DNA from: Candidatus Latescibacterota bacterium
GTDB lineage: Bacteria > Latescibacterota > UBA2968 > UBA8231
DNA: 64,000 nt
Direction: 5' to 3'
Assembly (NCBI GenBank): GCA_965208105.1
Contig: OZ242318.1
Location: 1,376,001-1,440,000, forward strand
The notes beneath the pieces were generated by a model. That model ran no database searches. It saw nothing but the letters and a program-made list of their open reading frames with translations, and was not told where the DNA came from. How positions within the stretch are numbered: position 1 is the stretch's first letter; the number at the start of each line of letters is the position of its first letter. Made by a program: the position numbers and the translations under genes. Shown piece by piece: positions 50,999 through 60,758 of this stretch.

Positions 50999-53089
50999 AT
51001 GGCCTATCGCCTTGGGGTGGATATCGGCGGTACCTTCACCGACGCCACCCTCATCGACGGGGACGGCGGCTCCGTTTTTTGCGCCAAGGTGCCTTCGACA
51101 CCGTCGGCGCCTGCCGACGGCTTCATGTCTGCGGTGGAGCGCATTCTGAAAACCAACCGGGTGGCGCCGGCCGAGGTGAGCTACATCGTCCACGGGACCA
51201 CGGTGGCCACCAACGCCATCATCGAGGCCAAGACCGCCCCCACCGCCTTTCTGACCACCGCCGGCTTCCGCGACATGCTGGAGATCGCCCGCCAGACCAG
51301 GCCCAGCCTCTACGACCTGCATTTCGAGAAGACCCCCCCGCTGGTGCCGCGCCAGCTATGCTTCGGGATCCCGGAGCGGCTGGGGGCCGACGGCGAGGTC
51401 CTGGCGCCCCTCGACGAGGCCGCGGTGGTCCGCGTGGCCGCCGAACTGCGGCGGACCCGGGTCGAAGCCGTGGCCGTTTGCCTCCTGCACTCCTACGCCA
51501 ACCCCGACCACGAAAAACGCGTGGGTGCCCTTCTGCGCCGGGAGCTGCCGGCCGCGGCCGTCTCCCTTTCATCCGCGGTGGCGCCCGAGTTCCGCGAGTA
51601 CATGCGCGCCAGCACCACGGTGATCAACGCCTGCATCCAGCCGGTGGTGGGTCGCTACCTGGCCGCCATCGAGGCCGGCCTGAAGGAGCTCGGACTGAAC
51701 GCCGGGCTCCTGGTCATGCAGAGCGGAGGCGGGGTTTTCAGCGCCTCCGCCGCCGCCCGCAAGCCCGTCTTCATGGTGGAGTCGGGGCCGGCGGCCGGAG
51801 TCATCGGAGCCGCCCACCTCGGATCCGCCTGCGCCTTCGGCGATATAATCTCGTTCGACATGGGGGGCACCACCGCCAAGCTGGGGCTGGTCAGGAATGG
51901 GCAACCGCAGATTACCAAGGACTACGAGGTGGGCGCCTCGGCTCATCCGCCGGGAGGAGGGCGCGGCCAGGGATATCCCATTCGCACCCCCGTGGTGGAC
52001 CTCGTGGAAATAGGCGCCGGCGGCGGCTCGGTGGCCTGGGTCGATTCGGGGGGAGGACTTCGGGTCGGTCCGCACAGCGCCGGGGCCGATCCGGGGCCGG
52101 CGTGCTATGGCCAGGGAGGCGAGCAGCCCACCATCACCGACGCAAATGCGGTCCTCGGCCGACTCGACCCCGATTATTTCCTCGGGGGGGAAATCCGCCT
52201 CGATATCGAAGCCGCCCGGCGCGCAATCGAGGAGCAATGTTCCAGGCCCCTTGGCATGGAGGTCGTCGAGGCTGCCCACGGCATCGTCGAGATCGCCAAC
52301 GCGGCCATGGTCAACGCCCTGCGTCTGGTCTCGGTGCAGAAGGGGTACGATCCGCGCGCTTTCGCCCTGGTGGCCTTTGGAGGCAGCGGCCCGGTGCACG
52401 CCAACCGCCTGGCCCAGCTGGCGCAGATCCCCACTGTGGTGATCCCGTCCAGCCCGGGCACGGCGTCAGCCCTGGGGCTGCTCCTCACCGACCTGGAGCA
52501 CGAATACGCGGGCTCGGTGCTGCAGCGGGTCGAGACCCTGGATCCTGCTGCGGTCGAGCGCCTGTGCCGGTCCCTGGAAGAGCAGGGGCAGGAGGCCCTC
52601 GAGAGGGAGGGAGTCGAAAAGGAAGCGAGGCAAATGGCCCGCCTGGCCGAGTTGCGCTATGTGGGCCAGAGTTACGAGTTGACCGTTCCCATGACCACCC
52701 CCCTCCTGGACGAAGAAGCGAAAAAGTCCATGCTGGCGCGATTCCACGACGCCCATGAGCGCGCCTACGGCTTCAAGGCCGAAGGGGAGCCGGTGGAGTT
52801 GGTCCACGTGCGGGTCCGGGCCATCGGCCGCATGGCCAGGCCGGAAAGCAGGCGAATGCAGGGTCCGGTCGGCACATTGGAGGAGGCAAGACGCAGCGTG
52901 CGGCCGGTCTACTTCGCCGCCGCGGGCGGCTTCGTCGACTGTCCCATCTACGATCGCCCGCGCCTCGGCCGCGGCGCCGTGGTCAATGGCCCCGCAGTGA
53001 TCGAGGAGGCCGATTCCACCACGGTGGTCGAGCCCGGCTACGCCGCCCGGGTCGACCCCCTGGGCCCTTTGGTCCTGCGGTCGGCATGA
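50999..53089 (+). CDS. Hydantoinase A / 5-oxoprolinase ATP-binding subunit
   Basis: GVDIGGTFTD, HGTTVATNA, ESGPAAG, DMGGTT, GAGGGS, GADPGPACY, GPAVIEE. Confidence 0.93.
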   Translation: MAYRLGVDIGGTFTDATLIDGDGGSVFCAKVPSTPSAPADGFMSAVERILKTNRVAPAEVSYIVHGTTVATNAIIEAKTAPTAFLTTAGFRDMLEIARQTRPSLYDLHFEKTPPLVPRQLCFGIPERLGADGEVLAPLDEAAVVRVAAELRRTRVEAVAVCLLHSYANPDHEKRVGALLRRELPAAAVSLSSAVAPEFREYMRASTTVINACIQPVVGRYLAAIEAGLKELGLNAGLLVMQSGGGVFSASAAARKPVFMVESGPAAGVIGAAHLGSACAFGDIISFDMGGTTAKLGLVRNGQPQITKDYEVGASAHPPGGGRGQGYPIRTPVVDLVEIGAGGGSVAWVDSGGGLRVGPHSAGADPGPACYGQGGEQPTITDANAVLGRLDPDYFLGGEIRLDIEAARRAIEEQCSRPLGMEVVEAAHGIVEIANAAMVNALRLVSVQKGYDPRAFALVAFGGSGPVHANRLAQLAQIPTVVIPSSPGTASALGLLLTDLEHEYAGSVLQRVETLDPAAVERLCRSLEEQGQEALEREGVEKEARQMARLAELRYVGQSYELTVPMTTPLLDEEAKKSMLARFHDAHERAYGFKAEGEPVELVHVRVRAIGRMARPESRRMQGPVGTLEEARRSVRPVYFAAAGGFVDCPIYDRPRLGRGAVVNGPAVIEEADSTTVVEPGYAARVDPLGPLVLRSA

Positions 53090-53229
53090 GCACCTCCCTG
53101 GAACCCCAATGCCCGCCCTGGAACGAAAACCCCGCGGCTCCCGTGGCCGGCCGAATCTCCTTTTCCAGCTGACCATGTCCCAACCGGGATTTACCGTGAT
53201 GTCACGCGCGCAGCCGGGGGATTTCAGTA

Positions 53230-55701
53230 TTGCGCGGTAGAAGCGGACTGACCGCAACGGCCTTGCTGCTCGGCCTCCTCGCTGCCGGGGCCGAGACCCA
53301 GGAGCGTCCCTACGGACTGGACCGGCGCCTGACCGCCGACGTCCAGGTTGCCAGCGGCGGTCCCGGCGGCAATGCCCGGTTGCAGCCGGTGTTCCGGGGA
53401 CTGGACTTCACCCAGCCAGTCTACCTGACCCACGCGGGTGACGGCAGCGGCCGGGTTTTCGTCGTCGAGCGCCCGGGGACCATCCGCGTCTTGCGCCCGG
53501 GGGACGAGACCGCGCGGACCTTCCTGAATATCGCCGACTGGGTGATCGATTTCCGCCCCGAGATCGGGCTATTGGGCCTGGCCTTCCACCCCCGGTACCG
53601 CTCCAACGGGCGGTTCTTCGTCTACTATATCGCCCGCGGGCTGGTTTCACGACTGGCTGAATTCCGCGTTTCCAGCCTGGCTGACAGCGCCGACGTGGCC
53701 AGCGAGCGCATCCTGCTGGAGGTGCAGCAGCCCGACGACACCCACAACGGCGGACAGTTGGCCTTCGGGCCCGACGGCTACCTCTACTGGGGCCTGGGCG
53801 ACGGAGCCAATCCCGACGACATCCACGGCAATGCCCAAAACCGGCGGACCCTGCTGGGAGCCATCCTGCGCCTCGACGTCGACGGAGCCGAGCCCTATGG
53901 AGTGCCGCCGGACAACCCCTTCGCCGGCAACGACCAGGGGTGGCGCGAGGAGATCTGGGCTTGGGGGCTGCGCAATCCCTGGCGCTTCAGCTTCGACCCG
54001 GTCACGGGCCAGTTGTGGGTCGGAGACGTGGGGCAGGACCGCTGGGAGGAGATCGACCTGGTGGAAAAGGGGGGCAACTACGGCTGGAACATCGTCGAAG
54101 GACCGCAGTGCCTGCACGGCGATTCCTGCGACCGGGAAGGGTTGATGCCCCCGGTCTGGTCCTATGACCACAGCCAGGGACGCTCCATCATCGGCGGCTA
54201 CGTGTACCGCGGCCGGGCGGCGCCGGCGCTCCGGGGACTCTACATCTATGGCGATTTCGGCACCGGATGGATCTGGGGGCTGGAGGTCCAGGGCGGCCTG
54301 GCGGTCGAAAACAGGCTGGTGGCCACCAGCCCGGGACACATTTCCAGTTTCGGCGAGGACGAGTCCGGCGAGCTCCATGTCATCAATATCGACGGGCAGA
54401 TTCTGCGGCTCGAAAAGGGGTCGGGGGAGCCTCCGCAGAGCCAAATCCCGGCGCTGCTGTCGGACGCGGGCGTCTTCGCCCATATGGCCACCAGGGAACC
54501 GGCACCGGGATTGATCCCCTATGCGGTCAATGCGCCCCTGTGGTCGGACGGGGCGGGCAAGAGTCGCTGGCTGGCCCTGCCCGATACCGCCCGCCTCCAC
54601 TTTGACGTGGACGAACCCTGGCTCTTTCCCAACGGCACGGTACTGGTGAAGAATTTCTATTTGCCCGGCGCGGGTGCGGGCGGCCGGGACCGGATAGTCG
54701 AAACCCGGTTGCTGGTCAAGCGGACCCGGGGCGAGGTCTGGGACGGATTCAGCTACGAGTGGAACGAGGCCGGTACCCAGGCGGCCCTGTTGCAGGGACG
54801 GGAGCGGCGCGTGTTCGAGGTGCCGGACCCGGCGGCGCCCCAGGGACTGCGCAGGCACGAACACCGCTTTCCCAGCCGGTCAGACTGCATCGCCTGCCAC
54901 ACCCCGGCCTCCGGCTACGTCCTGGGGGTGCGCACCGCCCAGATGAACCGCGTCTACGACTACGGAGCCGTGGCCGATCATCAGCTGCGCAGCTTCAACC
55001 ACATCGGCCTTTTCACCGAGGACATAGGAGAGGACTACCATGGCTGGCCCCGCCTGCCCGATCCGCTGGGGGCGGCCGGGTCGGTGGCCGAGCGCGCCCG
55101 CGCCTACCTGGACGCCAACTGCTCCCACTGCCACCGACCCGGAGGCGGCGGGCGGACCGCCATGGATTTGCGCTACGACACGCCCCTGCAGGGGACCGGC
55201 CTCACCCAGCCCGCGTCACTGGGGGATCTGGGCTTGACCGGGGCACTGCGGTTGGCGGCGGGAGCCCCGGAGCGCTCGGTGCTCTACCGCCGGATGCTCG
55301 ATCTGGGACGCTGGCGCATGCCTCCGGTGGCCAGTGGCCGGGTCGACCGGGAAGCGGCCGCCCTGATTCACGAGTGGATCGCCGGCCAGGGTGGAACGGT
55401 GGTGGAGGAACAGGCAGGCCCGCCGCCATTCGAGCTGGCCCAGAACTATCCCAATCCCTTCAACAGCAGAACCGTTCTGTCCTACCAGCTTTCACACCCG
55501 GGACCCGTGGCCATGACCCTCTACGGGATCAACGGCCAGGTGGTGCGTCACCTGGTGAGGGACGTGGCCACGGCGGGGCAACACAGGGTTGTGTGGGATG
55601 GGCGCAACGCCGCCGGCCGGATGGTGGCCAGCGGGGTCTACTTTGCACGCCTGCAGGTTGGAAAGGCCAGCCGGATTCGCAAACTGGTGCTGCTGCGCTA
55701 G
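53230..55701 (+). CDS. PQQ-dependent aldose sugar dehydrogenase (GSDH) fused to a diheme cytochrome c domain and a FlgD-Ig/T9SS C-terminal domain
   Basis: GLLGLAFHP, HNGGQLAFGPDG, GLRNPWRFSFD, GGNYGW; CIACH and CSHCH; QNYPNPFN...WDG..ASGVYF. Confidence 0.85.
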   Translation: MRGRSGLTATALLLGLLAAGAETQERPYGLDRRLTADVQVASGGPGGNARLQPVFRGLDFTQPVYLTHAGDGSGRVFVVERPGTIRVLRPGDETARTFLNIADWVIDFRPEIGLLGLAFHPRYRSNGRFFVYYIARGLVSRLAEFRVSSLADSADVASERILLEVQQPDDTHNGGQLAFGPDGYLYWGLGDGANPDDIHGNAQNRRTLLGAILRLDVDGAEPYGVPPDNPFAGNDQGWREEIWAWGLRNPWRFSFDPVTGQLWVGDVGQDRWEEIDLVEKGGNYGWNIVEGPQCLHGDSCDREGLMPPVWSYDHSQGRSIIGGYVYRGRAAPALRGLYIYGDFGTGWIWGLEVQGGLAVENRLVATSPGHISSFGEDESGELHVINIDGQILRLEKGSGEPPQSQIPALLSDAGVFAHMATREPAPGLIPYAVNAPLWSDGAGKSRWLALPDTARLHFDVDEPWLFPNGTVLVKNFYLPGAGAGGRDRIVETRLLVKRTRGEVWDGFSYEWNEAGTQAALLQGRERRVFEVPDPAAPQGLRRHEHRFPSRSDCIACHTPASGYVLGVRTAQMNRVYDYGAVADHQLRSFNHIGLFTEDIGEDYHGWPRLPDPLGAAGSVAERARAYLDANCSHCHRPGGGGRTAMDLRYDTPLQGTGLTQPASLGDLGLTGALRLAAGAPERSVLYRRMLDLGRWRMPPVASGRVDREAAALIHEWIAGQGGTVVEEQAGPPPFELAQNYPNPFNSRTVLSYQLSHPGPVAMTLYGINGQVVRHLVRDVATAGQHRVVWDGRNAAGRMVASGVYFARLQVGKASRIRKLVLLR

Positions 55702-55765
55702 TGTCCCCTCTATCTGCGCCCGCCCGTGGACTTCTCTCGGGATTCCACTCCCGCCGGGACACCTT
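55698..55765 (+). repeat. Possible degenerate short relative of the CTAG-anchored MITE
   Basis: CTAGTGTCCCCTC at the TAG stop matches the copy B left end at 12/13 nt; the inverted GGGACAC is at 55756-55762. Confidence 0.35.
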
Positions 55766-55794
55766 CTACGATGGATGGGTCCGCCATCACGGCC

Positions 55795-57201
55795 CTATTT
55801 CTTCTCCGCCCAGTCGGGGCCGGCCACCGGATCGAGGAGGCTGCGGTTCTCTTCCGGGGTGCCGACCCAAAGCAGAAATTCGCGCAGGGCGCGCTCCATT
55901 CGGGCGGCGACGCGGGAGTGGCGCCGGACCAGGTTCTTCCCTTGCCCCGGGTCCGTGCGCATTTGGTACAACTCCGCCCGGCCTGCCTTCTCACCCTGGG
56001 GGATATAGCTCCAGTTCCTGTCGGTGATGGTGGGTCCGCCGTTGCGGATGAAGGTGGAGCTGAAGGCGAACCGGCGGGGCCATTCCCTGCCCATTGCCTG
56101 AAGCAGAGGGGTGAGCGCGTGGCCGTGAAGGGGAGGGCCCTGGTAGTCCACCCCGGACAGGTCGAGAAAGGTGGGCAGCAGGTCGACCGATTGGGTGAGC
56201 TGGACGACCCGGCTGCCGCCCGCGGCGCCCGGAGCGGCCATCAGCAGCGGGATGTGGGCAAGCTCGCGGTAGAGCGGCCAGACGCGCTGGTCGTCGGGGT
56301 GGATGTTGGATTTGCCGGTGCGGTTGTGTTCGCCCAGGAGCATCCCGTGGTCGGAGGTGAAGACGACGATGGAATCGCGCCACAGGTCCAGCTCCTCGAT
56401 CTTGGTGAGGACGTGACCGATCCACTTGTCCACCAGCTGCACCTCGGCGGCGTAGTGGGCCCTGAGATTGGCCAGCTCTCTTTTCGAGTAGGCGGTCGCC
56501 GGTCCGTAGTTGGGATGGATCTGGGGCGGTCCGCGGTAGCCGGAGGAGTCGTAGCGCCGCACCAAGTATTCGGGCGGGTCCCAGGGTTCATGGACGTCGA
56601 AGAAGTCGACCCACAGCAGGAAGGGGGAGGCGTCGTGGTTCTCCTCCAGCCAGCGGCTGGCCGTGCGCGCGGTGCGGACGCAGAAGCGGTCCTCCTCCCA
56701 GGCCCAGTCGCGGTTGGTCCAGGTGTGCAGGGTGGCCAGGTTGCCGAAGCGGGTGCCGCGCATGTGCTCATCGACGCGGGTCCTGGCGTCTGCCGGAACG
56801 GTGAGGCGCGGAGCCAGGTTGCCCTTGAGCAGGGGACGGTCCCCCTCCTGGCCGCGGATCCAGTGGGCGCCGTCGAAGCCGCGGTCGAAGTGGTGCCCCC
56901 TGCTCATCAGGTGGGGGGTGTCGGCGATGAGCTGGGTGCTGTAGCCCGCCTCACCGAACAGGGTGCTGAGCACGGGGATATCGCGGTCGAGGGGCTGCCA
57001 GCCGTGGAAGGGAAAGGTGAAGCGGCCGGTGAAAAGATCGGTGCGGTTGGGGATGGTGGGAAAGGAGGACAGGTAGTAGCGGTCGAAGGAGACCGCGCGC
57101 CGGGCGAAGCGGTCGAGGTTGGGGGTGCAGATCCAGGAATTGCCGTTGCACCCGAGGTAGTCGTAGCGGAAGGTGTCGCTGAGGAGGACGATGACGTTCA
57201 T
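55795..57201 (-). CDS. Sulfatase-fold (alkaline phosphatase superfamily) hydrolase with TxPxR motif
   Basis: SDTFRYD, TPNLDRFA, PTIPNRTDLFTGR, DVHEPW, SDHG, HIPL, ELY...DP. Confidence 0.85.
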   Translation of the reverse strand: MNVIVLLSDTFRYDYLGCNGNSWICTPNLDRFARRAVSFDRYYLSSFPTIPNRTDLFTGRFTFPFHGWQPLDRDIPVLSTLFGEAGYSTQLIADTPHLMSRGHHFDRGFDGAHWIRGQEGDRPLLKGNLAPRLTVPADARTRVDEHMRGTRFGNLATLHTWTNRDWAWEEDRFCVRTARTASRWLEENHDASPFLLWVDFFDVHEPWDPPEYLVRRYDSSGYRGPPQIHPNYGPATAYSKRELANLRAHYAAEVQLVDKWIGHVLTKIEELDLWRDSIVVFTSDHGMLLGEHNRTGKSNIHPDDQRVWPLYRELAHIPLLMAAPGAAGGSRVVQLTQSVDLLPTFLDLSGVDYQGPPLHGHALTPLLQAMGREWPRRFAFSSTFIRNGGPTITDRNWSYIPQGEKAGRAELYQMRTDPGQGKNLVRRHSRVAARMERALREFLLWVGTPEENRSLLDPVAGPDWAEKK

Positions 57202-57480
57202 CTTTCTCACCCTTCGGGAGTGGCCGGTGCAAGGCATTGCCGGCCTGTGGCTTGTTCAGAAATTCGGGCATGAAGCGTCGCCGCGCCAGGGCAACATGGC
57301 TGTTCCCCCCAATCCATTCCCCCTCTGGCCGCCGTCGAACCCGAATTGACAAATCGCGGGTGCTGCCATTAAGTTCAACCACCCTTGCTGGCGTGACCAG
57401 GTCCGGAATTTCACGTCCAGAATTTCAAAGCCCAGTATTACCAGAGTTGACAACTCCAGTACAAGTTGAGGGATATTTCC

Positions 57481-59778
57481 GTGTTCGAATATAGCTTGCG
57501 CCCTTTCCTGCTCGTGGTGGGCACCCTGGCCGGCCTTTCCATGGCAGCCCGGAGCCCCGCCGCCACCTTGAGCGGTTTCGTCACCGACGCCGACAACGGC
57601 GAGGCCCTGACCCTGGCCATTGTCGCGGTGGAGGCCGAGGGGACCCGCCTGGGATCGGCGAGCAACAGCAGCGGCTACTACGCGGTCAAGGACATCGGTG
57701 CGGGGGAGTACCGGGTGGCGGTGTCGCACATAGGCTACCAGACCCGGCGCGATACCCTGCGCTTCGGGGCAATGGAAGACCTGCGCCTGGACGTGGCCCT
57801 GGAACCCCGGCCCCTGAACATCGCGGAGGAGACGGTGGTGGAAGCCGAGCGCAGGGAAGAGCTGGAGCAGGCCATCCAGAGCAGCTTCATCGCCCTGCAG
57901 GTCGAGCCGCTGCAGCAGATGCCGGCCATCGGCGAGGCCGATCTCCTGCGCAGCCTGCAGCTGCTGCCGGGGATCCAGTCGGCCTCGGACCTCAGCAGCG
58001 GCCTCTACGTGCGCGGGGGCGGGCCCGACCAGACCGCCATTCTCCTCGACCACATTCCGCTCTACAATCCCTCCCACCTCTTCGGGTTCTTCTCGACCTT
58101 CAACGGGGACGCCATCAAGGACGTCCAGCTCTACAAGGGGGCCTACCCGGCGGCCTTCGGCCGCACCCTGGGGGCGGTGCTCGACGTGAGCAACCGCGAG
58201 GGCAACCGGCAGCGCTTCAGCGGCCGCGGCGGCGCCAGCCTGATCGCCAGCCGGCTGCTGGCCGAGGGGCCGGCGGGAGAGGGATCGTGGATGCTGGCCG
58301 GGCGCCGCACCTACCTGGAGCCGGTGCTCAGCGCCGTTCGAGCCAGCGGAGTGGACATACCCCTCAACTATTACTTCTACGACTTCAACGGCAAGATCAA
58401 CCAGCGCCGCGGGGACGACACCTTCACGGTGAGCACCTACTGGGGCCAGGACGACCTGCGGGTGGAGATTGAAGAGGAAGATCAGGAGTCCTTCGTCGAT
58501 TTCCGCTGGGGCAACCGCGCCCTGACCGCGCGCTGGACCCGGGTGTTCTCGCCTGACCTCTTCGGCCACTTCATGGCCGCCGGATCGACCTACAATAATT
58601 CCATCCTGTTCAGTTTCTTCGACACGCCATTCAGCTTCGAAAACAGCATTCGCGACTGGTCTCTCAAGGCCGACGTGGACTACTTCGCCAACCGCGACCA
58701 CACCTTCACCTTTGGCCTTCTCGCCACCCTCTTCGAGTTCGACTTTACCCAGTCCTTCAACCAGCAGGAAGAGTCCTTGTACCAGAAGTCGGTGTTGGCC
58801 TCGGCCTACCTTCAGGACGAGTGGCAGGCCGGCCTTGCGACGAAGCTGCGGCTGGGAGGACGGGGAACCTACTTCAGCGTCGGGGACCGCTTCCACCTGA
58901 TGCCCAGGCTCTCCCTGAGCCACGCCCTCAGCGACAAGGTGCGAATCAAGGCCGCCGGCGGGATGTACCGCCAGTACCTGCAGCTGGTCACCACCGAAGC
59001 CTTCAGCGGGGGCGACTTCTGGGTGCCGCTGGACCGCACCGTTGAACCCGGGCGCTCATACCAGGGAGTTGTGGGGGGCGAGTGGAACCCGTCGCGGCGC
59101 TACCAGCTCTCCGTTGAGGGTTACTATACCGACCTGGCCAACCTGGTGGTCCTGGACACCGCGGTGGAGGCGGACAGCGAGGCCACGCGCTCGGACGACA
59201 TTTTCAAAAGCGGGGGCAGCGGCTGGGCGGGAGGTGTCGAAGTCTTCTTGCAGCGCCGCACCGGGGCGCTCACCGGCTGGGTGGGCTATACCCTGGGCTG
59301 GACCCGGCGGACCTTCCCCGAGGTCAACCAGGGCCTCGCATTTCCACCCAAGTACGACCGCCGCCACGATCTGTCTTTCGTTGTCTCCTACAGCGCGGGG
59401 AAATGGCGCCTGGGCTCCAACCTGGTCTACGCCACCGGACAGGCCTTCACCCCCGCGGCATCCCGCTACACCCTGCGCGAGCCCGCCACCGGGGTGGTGG
59501 ATGACTACGTCCTGCCGGCGAGCCGCAACAGCGCCCGGCTGCTGCCCTACCACCGCCTCGACGCCAGCGCCAGCCGCGAGTTCGGCCTGTGGGGCCTCGA
59601 CGTCGAAGTCTATTTGCAGATCTTCAACCTCTACAGCCGCCGCAACGAGTGGTTCGTGCAATATCCGATCGCCACCACGGAGACGGAGGAAGGCGAGGTG
59701 GTGGAGGTGGATGTGGAGCCGGAAGTGATCAAGCAACTTCCCATCGTGCCGACGCTGGGTTTCAATTTTTCGTTTTGA
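57481..59778 (+). CDS. TonB-dependent receptor with N-terminal carboxypeptidase-regulatory-like domain
   Basis: LSGFVTDADNGEAL, GEADLLRSLQLLPG, YVRGGGPDQ, YNPSHLFGFFSTFN, YDRRH, terminal FNFSF. Start is 57466 or 57481. Confidence 0.9.
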   Translation: MFEYSLRPFLLVVGTLAGLSMAARSPAATLSGFVTDADNGEALTLAIVAVEAEGTRLGSASNSSGYYAVKDIGAGEYRVAVSHIGYQTRRDTLRFGAMEDLRLDVALEPRPLNIAEETVVEAERREELEQAIQSSFIALQVEPLQQMPAIGEADLLRSLQLLPGIQSASDLSSGLYVRGGGPDQTAILLDHIPLYNPSHLFGFFSTFNGDAIKDVQLYKGAYPAAFGRTLGAVLDVSNREGNRQRFSGRGGASLIASRLLAEGPAGEGSWMLAGRRTYLEPVLSAVRASGVDIPLNYYFYDFNGKINQRRGDDTFTVSTYWGQDDLRVEIEEEDQESFVDFRWGNRALTARWTRVFSPDLFGHFMAAGSTYNNSILFSFFDTPFSFENSIRDWSLKADVDYFANRDHTFTFGLLATLFEFDFTQSFNQQEESLYQKSVLASAYLQDEWQAGLATKLRLGGRGTYFSVGDRFHLMPRLSLSHALSDKVRIKAAGGMYRQYLQLVTTEAFSGGDFWVPLDRTVEPGRSYQGVVGGEWNPSRRYQLSVEGYYTDLANLVVLDTAVEADSEATRSDDIFKSGGSGWAGGVEVFLQRRTGALTGWVGYTLGWTRRTFPEVNQGLAFPPKYDRRHDLSFVVSYSAGKWRLGSNLVYATGQAFTPAASRYTLREPATGVVDDYVLPASRNSARLLPYHRLDASASREFGLWGLDVEVYLQIFNLYSRRNEWFVQYPIATTETEEGEVVEVDVEPEVIKQLPIVPTLGFNFSF

Positions 59779-59788
59779 GGAGAAAGTC

Positions 59789-60718
59789 GTGCGCTATTTT
59801 CTCATGGCCCTGTGCCTTACCGCCTGCGCCGCCGAGCGCCAGCCGGGAGAACTCTTCGGCCCGGTGGAGAAAGAGGCCGAGCTGGTGGTGGACGCTCAGC
59901 TGCTGGTCGGCCGGACCCTGCCCGAAGTGTTCGTGCGGCGCACCCTGCCCCCCGGCCGGGCCTACAGCCGGGAGGATGCCGCGGTTACCGACGCCCGGGT
60001 CCGCATACTCCACGGAGATCAGGTATTTGAGTACGCATACACAGCCGACGAGGCCGCCCCCGGCCGCTACCTGCCGCCGAGGGGAGCTCCCCTGGTGGAA
60101 GCCCTTGCCGAATACCGCCTGGAGGTGGACGTAGAGGGCCGGAAGGTGAGGGCGAGCACCACCACCCCCGACAGGGTGCGGATCAGGCAGGCGGTGCTGC
60201 TGGACGAGGAAACTCTCCAGATCATCCGGACCCTGAAGACCTTTGCCGAGCTCGGGGACCAGGTCTACACCGCGCCGGAGAACCAGATCACCTATCTGGA
60301 CGGCCTGATCGAGTTCCACTTTGACACACTGGAAGTTGCAGGGTTCCAGGCGGCCATCTTCGCCCTGGATGAGGATGCCCCATTCGCCGACGAGGACCTC
60401 GTGGACTTCTACGACGAAGAGGATACCAGCACCTTGCGGGCAAACCAGTCGCCTCCCCTGGCGGTCAGCGAAGGTATTTTGCGCTGGCCGTGGTTCGCCG
60501 TGGCGTTCACCGGGCGCTCCATGATCAAGGTCTACGCCCTGGACCACAACTGGTTCGAGTACGCCCGCTCCAGCCCCGACCAGCAGGAGCAGGGTGGGTT
60601 CGGAGGGCTGGCCGGCGAAAATTTCGAGCGCCCCTTCTTCCAGGTAGAGGGAGGCATCGGGCTGTTCGGCTCGGCGTCGGTGGATTCGGTGGGGTTCGTC
60701 GTCTTGCCGCGGCCGTGA
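59789..60718 (+). CDS. DUF4249-family lipoprotein, partner of the TonB-dependent receptor
   Basis: Lipobox LTA-C; C-terminal VEGGIGLFGS; typical position after this receptor class. Confidence 0.75.
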   Translation: MRYFLMALCLTACAAERQPGELFGPVEKEAELVVDAQLLVGRTLPEVFVRRTLPPGRAYSREDAAVTDARVRILHGDQVFEYAYTADEAAPGRYLPPRGAPLVEALAEYRLEVDVEGRKVRASTTTPDRVRIRQAVLLDEETLQIIRTLKTFAELGDQVYTAPENQITYLDGLIEFHFDTLEVAGFQAAIFALDEDAPFADEDLVDFYDEEDTSTLRANQSPPLAVSEGILRWPWFAVAFTGRSMIKVYALDHNWFEYARSSPDQQEQGGFGGLAGENFERPFFQVEGGIGLFGSASVDSVGFVVLPRP

Positions 60719-60758
60719 CCGACTGAAAAGGAGGGATTAAATTAATCAGGAAGTACTG

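Noticed and set aside
57240-57480. Cobalamin or TPP riboswitch before the TonB receptor
   Set aside because: The conserved B12-box and TPP motifs were not found.
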